From contig JAYWIR010000032.1 in assembly GCA_036172245.1 (NCBI GenBank), forward strand, positions 1,116,001 through 1,180,000: a stretch of DNA of 64,000 bases, given 5' to 3'. The DNA comes from Raillietiella orientalis. Taxonomy: Eukaryota. The notes below the pieces were generated by a model. That model saw nothing but the letters and a program-made list of their open reading frames with translations, did not search any database and had not been told where the DNA came from. Made by a program: the position numbers and the translations under genes. Shown here piece after piece: positions 49,701 to 61,700 of this stretch; positions within the stretch are counted from its first letter, which is position 1; each line of letters begins with the position of its first letter.

Positions 49701-52700
49701 TAATCTACGCATAAATTTATATGATAAACATATTTTATAATTTTTTTCGTGCATATGCATTTATTTTTATAATAAGTTCATATATTAATCTATGTAATAA
49801 ATTTATACATTGATGTATATAATAAACATAGTATGTATTTTTATGATCCATGTAATCCATTTTAGTCCATACATTAATCTGTATAATAAATGTACATACT
49901 GATACATAGAATAAGCATATGTATTCATTTTCTCGATCGTTCGGGATTTTGATGGCCACCGATGCGCGCCATTCTTTGTGCGTCGAGTGGGCAGCACATC
50001 CGGGGGATCATTGGGATGGGAGCACATGGGGACTTTGTGCGCTGAATACTCAAACAGGGGGCAGAGATGGATGAATATTCATGCCTCAGTAGCCCTTGGC
50101 TACGCATGTTCGAAACCGACCGAGGAAGCTGCGGAAAAGGACCTGCCTTTACGCCTGTTTTGAGGATTCTTCCCCTCTCTCCCGCGCCTTCCTTCTGGCA
50201 ATCCTGACTGACGGCCTCGACCACGCAAGTTACATCTTTCACTTTTGTTTGCGAGGGATTGCCTCGCTTCCCCTTTCCTCCTTCGGCTTTCGTTCGCCCG
50301 TTCGGGACTCTAAGACTCGGACGCGCCGTTGCGGAACTCGGCCAGCATCAGGTTGTTGTTTCAGGACCGACTCCAACGGACAGTACTGGATGGGTGCCAT
50401 CCGAGACGAGCATCCAGGGAAGTGGAGATGGGTGAACGGAAAAGAGGTCATGGTGTCCTTCTGGCGGATCCCCACCGGCAGCGGCAACTGCGCCCGCTTC
50501 GACGGCACGCAAGGGTGGCTGTGGTCCGACACGGACTGCGACACGAGCCTGTTCTTCATATGCCAGCACAGTGGGTACCCCAGTCCACTGCGCGGCGCGC
50601 TCGCCCGGAGCTTCCCTGGCGGCTTCCAGGTCGCGGGACGGGATTCAGGAATTCCCCAAGCCCCCAGCTGCCCCCACGACCCGCGCGAAGTCGTTCGCGG
50701 AGCCTCTCTTCACCCCTTCTGCTCCTCCCTCATTCCTCGACGGGGTTCGAGAGGGGAGACAAGGGCGCTTCTTGCCTGCTTCCGGGGGCGCGCACGCCTC
50801 CCTTGAATGGGGGTCCCCTCGCGAAGCGCGTCAGCGGAAACGTCGGAAGAGCCCGCGGGACCGTCTCTGCGCGCCACCTCGGAAAGCATTTCGAGGCGCG
50901 GGGGAGATGGGTCGCCCTGCAGATGGTTGCCGGGCGCACCGAAGTGAGTCTCCTCCTCTTCCTTTCTTCCTCCTCCTCCCCCTTTCCTCTTCCTCCTTCC
51001 CTCCTCCTCTTTTACCCTTTTAGTCCTCCCCCTCCCCTTCCTCTTCCCCCTCTTCCTCCTCCTGCAGGCTTCGCTTGACCGTCTCTCGGGAGAAGGGAGA
51101 ATCAAGCGAGCCGCAAAATCCCCGCCAGAGGCGCACGGATTCGCTTCCGGGATATGCGCAGACTTCCGGACTCTTCGCCAGGGTTACCCCGCCTCCGACC
51201 GATCTCCGGGGGGCGCCTTCTCCCACGAAACTCGGGCGGACGCGCGACGAATGACGAGCGAGGAAGCAGAGATCCCTCCACCAACCTACCCACCCCTTCC
51301 TCCCAGATGATAGGAAAGCGGGGAGGCGGAGGAAACGACCAGCTGAGTCAGCACGGGGAGCGACGAGGGAAGGCGCGGCGGGACGATTCCGGGATCGGGT
51401 TCGAGCCGGGATGGAGCCATTTTGTTTCCCCCCGCGTCGAGCGGGCCGGATAGGCGCCCGGAGCAGAATGAGGGAGGAGGGGAGAGGCACATGACCGACG
51501 CGGGAATGCAGCGGCGGGTAACATGCCCGGAAGAGCAGGTCGTGTGCTAATCACTGGGACGTTCGTCACCCGCACGGCTCCATCCGTCAGCATCCCATCA
51601 TCCGTCTTCCTCCCTCCCGTTCTGCGGCTCTCCCCCGGAAGCTCTCGTTCCCGCCACGGCAGACGTTTCGCGTCTACCCTCAGGTCAAGATGGCGGCGAC
51701 CTCTCCCGGCAGCCTGACAAGCGTCCCGCTCGGCGATCGCCGATTGGGAAGAGATTCTCGGAGAGCAGGGGCAAGACGGTCCTCCGTCTCTGGACCTCTG
51801 CGCTCGCGCCCGCCGGGAGAACGCAGAAGCGACCTCGGGGTGGTTGGCTTGACCCGGGTCTTGACCGGCGAATGGGCATATAGGAACGCTGGGTCACGGC
51901 GGTCGGGTCTTCCCGGTCTTCTCTCTCCCCCGATCACCCCTGCGGCACCTCTCGGTTTCTGCCCCAAGCGGACGAGCTTGCCCACCACCCGGAGTACGCC
52001 GCGTGTACTCTCGGAGCAACTCCCCTACCCCCTGACTCCGACCTCCAGCACTTCCGGGTTCTGGAACGCCGTCACCCGGACGACCCCTTCCCCAGCAACC
52101 CGTTCGGTTCCTTAGCTGGGAAGCACCCGCCAGCGCTTCGACTTCCTGGCGTCGCTCGGGCAGTTTCCAGGCCGACCGGTGCGGCGCGCAGACGCCGGCT
52201 CGTTGCTACGGGCCGCCTCCGTGCCATAGCCCCGCCGTCTTCCTTGGAACTTAAGGCCGCCTGGACCTCTTCCACACGGTGGGACTTTTTCAGTTTGTTC
52301 TGGATCCAGGAAGATGAGACTACCGGAAGCTGCGCGGCGCCTGATCCGCTCACTGGTCCGGATCTCAGAGCTCAGCATTCTGCCACCCTTGAAGATCAGC
52401 TGTGCTTTAGAAACCTTGCGTGCCCCCCCCCCCCCAATGCCTCCAGTGCAGCTGCTGCGGCCCTCGCGCGTGGTGTTGACCGTCGCGGGTTCCAATCCTG
52501 TCCGGGATGCACCGATACTCCAGAGGAATGGGCAGGGGGAAGTGCGTCGTGGGTTTCGAGTTCCCCCCCCCCCCCTTTCCCTGCAGGATGGCGCTGGTCG
52601 GCCTTTTAGAAAGCGGCGGCATTGTGAAAGCCGGAAACCCTCCCCTGGACGGCCCCGTTGACTGGCCTCCGGGGTGCTTCCAGGAGGAATCGAGGAGCTC

Positions 52701-55700
52701 CTTCGGGGTTCCCCTCCAGTTGTGAAAATGGAGCCGTCCCCCTCCCTCGGGAGGGAGCCCTCCATCTCGCACCACGGAGTTGCTGGATTGATGCCTCTCC
52801 AGAGTGCCAGAAGCGCGCTGCTCCCTTCGAGGAGCGCCCTCCAGAGAAATTCGGGAGCGTCCCTTCGGGATTCTCTTCGGAGGAGGAAAACAGGGAGCGG
52901 TTCCCGTGAGGGTTCCCTCCAGAGAAGAAAGTCAGGAGCGCGGATCCTTTCGGGCTCCCTTCTTAGAAGGAACGAGGAGTGCCTCCCCCCCCAGGGACCC
53001 CTCCGGAGAGAATGAGGGAGAGGGTTCCCTTCGGAGACAATCAGGGCGAGGGTTCCCTTCGGGATTCCCCTCCCGAGCTATAAGAGGAGCAGGACTCCTT
53101 CCTCCGGAGTCCTCCCCGGATTCGTGAGGTTACCCCCCTTTAACTTGAGGGGTCGACATGCACCCCCCCAGGCGGCGCGGATGGTGTCAAAGAGCTTCGC
53201 GAGCCACACGTAAGGAGGGCACGGTTCCTCCGCAGCACTTGGCGAATCCAAAAAGAAAAAAAATAGCAGGAAGAATGCAGCGAAAACAGAAAAGCCCCAA
53301 AGGGATTTCCGTTTGAGGATTTCTGTTACCAAGGTAACGGACGGCCAGTCTGTTTCACTTCCATCCGTCTGGCCACTACCTTCATTGCACCGTTGGGTGG
53401 CCGCGCTCGTTCTTGCTGTGAATCGGCCCACCCGTGCAGCATCTTGGTTGCCCCCGGCTGGCAAGGGCCCAGGTGGGCTGAAGACCAAGGTCACCCGCGC
53501 GTTGTCACCATCGAGGGAAAACCCCTGTCTGATGCCACCTGGCCGTTCAGAAGCGAAGGCCGCCAAGTGCCTCCTCCATAGGGCGCCGAGATCTCGCTTG
53601 GTGCGGGTTTTCCGCGAGTCACGGAGTCGCCCCCCCATCTTTTGAGCGGATTCCACAGCCAGGGAGATGGGGTCATGCAAAGCGTCGACGACGAATTTTT
53701 CATCTTTCGAGAGACGAGGAAACCGTGGGCGTTGGCAGCTGACATCCGAGGAACCCGCGAGAAAATCGATAACCATGGTGACTGCAACTTTAGGGTTGCA
53801 GTAGCCGGTAACAATGGCAACCGCTGCTTCGAGAATTGCGGTCCTCCTTTCGATGGCGCCAACGTAGAAATCTTCCACCGTCACGGATTGCACACGAAAG
53901 CAAAACAGGAGACTGCGCTGGACCACATTCTCATCAGATGACCTCATCGCATTTCGAAAACCCGCGCTCGACCGCGAAGAGATAAGGTGGGGAGGAGGGC
54001 GGTGGACTCCGCCAGGGAAACCAAGAAGTGCAGATGTCAGCATCTCCGGACGCATGGGCTTCCGGGAAGTCTGCCGCTCTCGGTGACGTCGACTCCAGAG
54101 TGCTCTCGCGGGCAATCCGTGCGTGCGAGCCGCGTCCCTGTTCGCTCATCCCGCCGCGGCCTGCAAGGGTGGGCGCGCCTTCAACCGCGCAGCAGCGGCG
54201 TCTTCCGGATCCGCTGCACGCAGGACGTGCCGAGCGCGGAGCGGGTGGAAGCTCTCGGACCCGCGGACGAACCGTGACGAGCGGCTCCTGGGGATGCTGC
54301 TGCTGCAACATCTGGGATTCGAGGGGTGCCTTGGGCGGGATCCAGGGTCGAGGAGGTGGGCGGGGTGGAAAACGCCCGCTCTCGGGCGTGAATCCAGGGT
54401 GCTGGGTCGCGCACGGGTGTTCCCGGTCGTTTCCCCTCTCCGCCTCCGCAGGCTGCTCTCAGGGAGGAAGCTCTCGGGACGGCGCATCCCCCCTGCGCAT
54501 GTGATCATTTCCTGCCGCTCCATCCGAGCGCAGCCTTGGGACCCTGGCGAGACCTTCCTCCCTCGTTTGTCACCTCCCCCCCCCCCCCCCGAGGCGTGCT
54601 AGCTGTTCTTGCTGTTCCCCCAAAAGCTCTCTTTGCCAGAAAACGGAGGCGCACTCAAAGCGGAAGCGTCTCTCGAGGGAACCCACGAGAAAATCGATAA
54701 CCATGGCGACCACAACATTGGCACGGGGTGGCAGCCGGTAACGGTGGCAACTGTTGCTTCGAGAAAATGGTCTCAGTCTTGGCAACCGCAAAACAGCGAT
54801 TCGATGGTCGCAAGCAGTGGCCCCGAGCCTGCAGCTTAGTGCTGTGCGGCACCTCGTTTCCACGGCTACGGAAGGAAGGGAGGGAAAATGAGGAGGGGAG
54901 AGAATGAGAACGTCCTCCTGCTGCGCGTCCCTCTGCCCCGCCACGGCGCTGGGGCCGCCCTCTCTTTCGCGGGGAGAAACGCTCCTCTCCGCAGCGAGCG
55001 CCGTCGCGTCTTTGGCGGACTTTTCCTCCCACTCGCCGCAACGGCGCGCGCGGTGCGAAGACGCGAGCGGGCGCTGCCTCACTGCGGCTTGCCGAGGAGT
55101 CGCAGTTCGCCCCTCCCTTCCGGGATAAGGAGGGGAACCCTTCTGTAACTTCACCTCGTGACTGCGGAAGAGCAGATCGCGGGCCACCTAGCGCGCGGGG
55201 GGAGGGGGAAGGAAGGGGGGGCGGGATGAAACGCGGCGGCGGCCGTTCCCTTCCTTTTCCTTCTCTCCTTCTTCTTCTTCCTCCAGATGCTACTCACTGC
55301 GGGTTCCCCGAGCAGCCGGTGAACTCCTCCCTCCTGCTGAGCGACCTGTCCATCGGAAGCCGGGTCAAGTACTCCTGCGACCCTGGCCACGTCCTCGTAG
55401 GCCTTTCCGAAAGGACGTGCCTGCAGAACGGGTTCTTTGACGGCATCGCCCCGACGTGCAACTGTAAGTCCGGAGCGCCGCCGCCCCCAGCACGAGCAAC
55501 CGCCCCTCCCCAGACACCCGATGTCCCGATCCCGTGCCGCCGCCCAACGGCTACTACGAGCTGGTGGAAGGGACCGCCGCGCACTACAACAGCAGGGTCG
55601 CGTTCTCGTGCGACGACGGCTTCACCCTGTCCGGGGACAGCGAGCTGGTCTGCGGGGTCAGCGGCAGATGGGGAGGAGGCCAGGCCCCGACGTGCGAACG

Positions 55701-58700
55701 TAATGAGGAGGAAGTCGCTCCGAGAGCCGGCGCGAGCGCGCAGCTCTCTCCCGCAGCCATCCGATGCCCCGAGCCGGAACCCATCGAGAATGGCTACTTC
55801 ATCCTGTCCACCAACTCCACGGTTTCTGGGACCGTCGTGCAGTACTCCTGCAAGGACCCGCTGCACCGGCTGATCGGTCACGACAAGATTGTGTGCCAGA
55901 GGGACGGCACCTACAACATGCCCCCCCCGGTGTGCCTAGGTGAACTCCCCCCCTCCCGCGCGCGCCTCCAACCGGCATGCTGCTGTCCTTCCAGAGACCC
56001 CGGAGGACATCTACTACCACTCCGACCACGAGACGCCCGTGGACCGAGAGAGCCCCGACGTTGTCGTCCCGTCCCACCTGACGACCACCAGCACCGCCGC
56101 CGCGGACCTCAGGAGGGCGCACGGCGGCGCCTCCTTCCCCAACGGGAGCGGTATTTCCCAGTCGCCCAAGGAAGGCAGGCAGGCGGAGGAGGCTCCGGCG
56201 GGAAGGCTCAACCTCGGTACGTGGCGGGAAGTCAGGCGCCCCCCCTCGGGGAAAAAACGGACTCTTCCCTCAGCGAGCGTCATTGCTCTGAGCGTCTTCG
56301 GCGGGATTCTCCTGCTCGTCGCCACCCTGGCCACGGTTGTGCTCCTGGTGAAGAGGTGAGTCATCCCCCCACGCCCGCTTGGGGGGGAGCCGGACTCCCT
56401 TCCCCCCCGAAAAGACCCCCCCACGTTGGCGGCGACCGACGCGGGTTCGATCCCGCTCGGGGAAGGACCGACTCCAGAGAAATGGGGGAGGGAGGTGCGT
56501 CGTCACTGGTTACCGATCCCTCCCGCAGGATGGCGCTGGTTGTCTTGCGAAGATGGAGACGTCCCTCCGCGCGGAGGGCTACCTCGCCAGAACGTTAAAA
56601 AGAGCGCTGCTCAAGTCGGGAGACGAACCCTTCGCAAAGGACGGGACGGCGCCGACCTTCGCCGCATCTCTGCCTTTTCCAAAGGTTTCCAGAGAAGAGA
56701 GGGGGGAACAAGGAAGCTTGCTCTGCGGGAGGCCAGTTGTGGGGACGATCCGCGCCGAACGCCGAGTGGCGCGTCGCACGCGGATTGGGGAGTCCTTCTC
56801 GCTCCCGTTCTTTCCGGGACGGCGAGCCTCACAGGGAACGGTGGTGGGGAGGAGGGGCGCGCCTTCGAGCACCGCCGTTTTCCGCTGCCGGCGCCTCGTC
56901 CGCGCCAGCCGCTCGGTCGCGCTCCGCACGTAAGTAAGGGCGTCTCCGTAGGTTGCACGAAAGTCCACCTCGTCGTCACAGCGACGGCGATGACGACGGA
57001 TCGCGCGCGCGCCATCGCTCCGGGGCGGCCGCTCTCTCTCCCTTGCACCCGCGGCGAGTGCAGCGGCGGGGCGCCTGTGCAGCCCGGCGGTCACCGCAGT
57101 TTGCCGAACCCATGAGCGTATCCCTCCCCCCTTCTCCAGCAGGGGAGAAACGGTAGGGGGGGAACCGGGAAGCGGAGGACTTCCATCCGCGCGACTTCCC
57201 CGTCGGGGAAGCCAACGAGTCGACCTTCCTGGGGAAACGGCGCGCAAGATTCTCCGTCCCCGCCCCGACCAGGAAAGAAGCCCTCGGGCGTACCCAGCAC
57301 GCCGCGTCCGAGCCGATCGGCCGAACGAGGATGGAGAGGGTGAGGGCGTCCCTGACTGGCCGATTTTCCCGGCAACGCCTCCGAGGTCGCGTGATCAAAC
57401 TGCGCGCTATGCCTCCAGGTGGCTCTAGGCGTACGACGCGAGGGATTCGCCCAAGTAGCTTCCTAGGAGACGGGAAGTTTGGCGCCGGAAGGGAAGCCCC
57501 GAAGGTCATTCCGTCCGCACGCCCGCGGCGCCCCCACGAGCCGCCAACCATCATCTTTCCTCTCGGCTCCAAGTCTCCCGGCGCACGGCCCCGAGGGAGG
57601 GCCCACGCCGAAGGCGGTTGCCAGGAGAAACGCAGGGTCGACGGGGGGGGGGGGGATTGAAGCAAGGAAGCTCTCCCTGGGGAATGTCAGCTGCGGGGAC
57701 GATCCGCGTGCGACGCGTTGAACGCAAGCTGGCGCGACTCCTCGGGAGCCGATCGGACTCGGACCCCGTGACCTCAGGGCACGACGACGGCAACCCACGA
57801 GTGAGTCGGAGCGGTCCCAGTCGGACGTCCTCGCCCTCGTTTTAACCGACCGGACGCCGCGCCCATCTTCTCGAGCGCCGCCGGGCAGGCGTTTCTCACG
57901 CGCGCCGTCCAGATCCCTTCCGGCGTTCGCCCTCGGAGCGCCGTCGCCGCAGGCGGCGTCGAGCGTCTGGTAGAGGGATACGGCGGGACCCTGGGTCGCT
58001 TCTGGAACGCGGATGTCTCGGGAGCATTCCTCGCGAACCCACCATGGGGATCTCTCTCTCCCTAACCCTCGGGGCTGCTGCTGCTGGCCGCCAAGGTCAG
58101 AGCAGTTGGCCGAAAGAAAGGAGGGGAGGGATGGTCGGGACCCGGAACTGTGCGGCGGCCAGCAGGTGCGAGGAGACCCCGGGAACGGAGGGGGGCACCT
58201 CTGCCCCCTCCTCCTTCAGCAGTTCCCTCTCGTGTGCACGACGGTGGTTCCGTCGTCGGGGCCAAAGAGGGAGCTGGAAGGAAGGGATGACGACCAAGGT
58301 GCGGAGGGTAGTTTCCCCTCCAGCCGTCCCCTTTCCCAGAAGGGGGTCCTTTCTTCTTCTGTTTCCTCTCCCCGCGTGCGGGTCGCGCGAAGAGGGCGGA
58401 GGACGGATTGCCCCCGAATCTCCCCATCTCGCCACCGCGAAGGCGTGGCTCGAGGGCACTCCGTCTCTGGGAACGGCCACCGCCCCGTTCCGGGAGGTCG
58501 AGGTGCAGCCGCCGCAGCCCCTGGAGCCGGACCGCCCTTTACTCCTTGAGAAGGGGTCGCCTCGTCCTTCAGAGGGGGTTCAGCATGCATGCGACGTCCT
58601 TCGCGGACGCTCCCGGGCGGCAGCCGAGGCAGCGTAGGGAGTGCCTTCGGGTGGTGCGCGCGCACACGTCCAAAGAGTCCGAAGAATGAATCCATGGTGA

Positions 58701-61700
58701 AGTCCCTGTTGCGGTTAGAAAAAGTAGACGAGGAACTCCTCAGGGGTTTGGGGATCCAGAGGAAGACCGACACCTTGAGCCTCTACATGTGGACCTTCAA
58801 GTACGTAGTGAGAAAAAAAAACACGATGATGAGGATCGATGGCGCGGTGAAGATCAGCAATGCCGTGCTGGGATACGCACTCAGGCTGTACATTGACGGA
58901 GGACCCTCAAAGAAACGGTGGAGGAATAGGGTCTGGGAGCGCGACTCCCTCTGAACCTCGCCAAGAGATGATGATCAGCTGACCCCTACAGGAGACCACC
59001 CTACCCCTCTCCTTTCTCTCCCGTCGCCCGCAGAGAATCGCTTGCGCGGGCCGGGCAGCCGTGGTGGAAGCTTCCCGCGGGGATCTGCACGGAGCTCCCG
59101 GAGGTGTCTTCGAGCTCCCCCCGGTGCATACCGGCACAATTGTCCTCCTCCCTCTTCGGACGTTCGGAAGGCGGCGCCACGAGAAGCACAGAGTTGCTGC
59201 CTTCGTCTGCCTTCCCCCCTCCCGAGCTAGCAGCGGGTCCCTCGAGCGACCCTATTCTCCCTCAGTGGTCTCTTCCTCGTCGGCCGCTCCATCCCGCCGC
59301 TTCGCGGCCCCTCCGTCGTCCGTCGACACGCGTCAGCACGTCTGCGTGGCGCTACGCCGACCGACCGCGCGCTCCTCGACTGCCTCTGGCGTCGCGCATG
59401 AGCTACTTGCCGCTGGTCTCGCGTCGGGAGGCCGCACAGCAGCAGCCCCGCCCTCCAGAGCGCGGTCGGCCTCCCCGGAAGCAGGAAGGCGCTAGCGAGG
59501 AAGGGAGGTGGGGTGGGGACAGCCCTGCTTGCAGGCGGCTGGAAGCGCTCACGGGCTGGGACTGGGATCGCGAACATTCGAGAGACCCACTGTCAGTCGG
59601 TGACAAGCGAGGAGGAGGAGAGGGGTCAGATCCCCCCCCGCCGCTCCGCGGGGCTCCAGACGTCTCCCCACCCCTTCCCCCGCGCTGCTACCCCCGGGCA
59701 TCATTAGCGCGCGCGCGCGCGCTCACGTCGTTCTGGACCTTTCCCGTGTGTGGATCCCCCCTCCTCTCTCTCTCCAGAAAGGTTCTCCCTTCCGTTCCTC
59801 GTTTTGCTCCCTCTCCCGGAAACCACGAGCAACCGAGAGTACCGCAGCGCAGCGCTCCTCGCAAAAGTCGGAAGCGGGCAGGAGGTTCCGAGTGCCTTCT
59901 TCCGGTAGCGCGGCCGCGCCCTCGGAAGCGACGAGAGGCGCCTCCGGGCCTCCCCGCGATGATCGCTGGATGACGGAACCGCGATCTCCCGAAGGGACGG
60001 CCGGAGGGTCATCCTCCGCCACATCCCTTCGGGAGACGCCCTGATCGTCGAGCCGGAACCAGCTCTGTTTCCACCTTTGGTCCTCGAAATCGAAGTCTCA
60101 TGTGAGCTCAGCGCATTCATCTGCAGCTGCCACCACCACTATCTCTGACGCGGTGTATTCTTGCAGCCTTGAACCACCAGCGCATTTTTTTTTTTTTTGT
60201 TCTTTCTTCATCCATCTCGACGATTCCAGGGCGATTGCTGAGGCGAGGGCTTTGGGCACAACCAAGACAGCGCTGCTTGACGTGCTCTTCGCTGGTCGCT
60301 GGACCGGACATGCCCCCATTTGGGGGCCAAGGGGTCTCCGTCCTTGGTCTTCCTCACGATTATCCTCCCTCTTTCCCTTCAGTGAAGAGCCTGGAGCAAT
60401 CTCAGGGTCCCGCGGGAAGGAAGCCTCGGCACCTCACACACGGCGCGCCAATCTTGGCCTGACGCCCACGACGACTTTCGCTTCCCTCGTGTCGGTTCCG
60501 CAACGACAGCAGCACGAGCGCCGAGGGAGTTCCGACTGAATGAATCCGCTCGGGTTCACGTATGCAGGAGCCCCGCAGTCCTCATCGGAGCGTTGCTGCG
60601 GGCTGGGCTGGCTCCCTTCCCAAATTGGCCGGCGGCACAGGGCGCTGCACTCCTCACGGCAGGCTTCCTGAACGCAGTCTTGAAAGCGGCTTCACCTGGG
60701 GAATCTCCCCAGGCGCTTGAGGCGGCTGGGGAGAAACAAGGGCAGAGCCAGTTGTAATCTTGCGAAACAGGAGAAATCGCCCGGGTAACGGCGGATCAAG
60801 GCGGCGACCTTTCCGGTTCCCGGAGCGTCGTTGTTTGTCCACGAATTGAACCGTCGCGCGCTTCTTGCTGCCTCTCGCTGGATCGCTGCTGCTCTCGGAC
60901 TGGCGCCCGTGTCGACCCTTTCCCCATTGCTGCGCCTCAGATCCCTTTCCTTCCTTGCATTGCTGCTCGCGCAGGCGCGCTTCTCTGTTGTTGCTTCAAC
61001 CCGGCCCTCCTTCTCGCGCACGCCAAAGGAGAGCACATGCGAAGGAGTGCGGGTCGACGCGAAAGGGGCGGCTTCTTTGCAGCAGTCTAAGAACGGTGGT
61101 CTGGCAGCTGAAGGGTTTCCTCGCTCCAGCTCTAAGGTCGGCAGTGCTGGCCCCGTCGCCCACTGGGCAGCCGCTACCCCGAACCCCTCTCCACCTTCCT
61201 CTCCTCGCGCGGACTTACTCCTCATGGAGCCGCGGACGGCTCGCCATAGCTGCTGCTACTGATGATGATCCTCTCCTTGTCCTCGTTCCAGGAACAGCTG
61301 CTACCGAAGGCAAGGGCGGAGCGAAAGCGAGGACTTCTCGGGCTCGGGCTCCTTCGGCTCGGACACGCGGTACCTGAATGGATTCTACAGGAGAGCCTGG
61401 GACAACCTGACGGACGGAAGGGACTCCGTGGACGCCTCCCGCAAAGAGAGATGCAAGACGGCGAAAAGCGGCTCCTCCTCCTTCCTCCCCTACGCGAAAG
61501 GTACGGAAGGCATTCGGGACGAGGATGAAATGGTAGTAGCGGATGGAGCCGCGTACTCCACGAGGGAGGAGGCCAAGAGACACCAGCACTACCACCACCA
61601 CCACCACCACCACAATGGGTCGAGGAGCCAGCAGCAGCACCAGCAGCCCAAGTGCCTGGAGGCCGCGCGAGGCGTCTTCCGGAACATGGCGAGCTACGAC

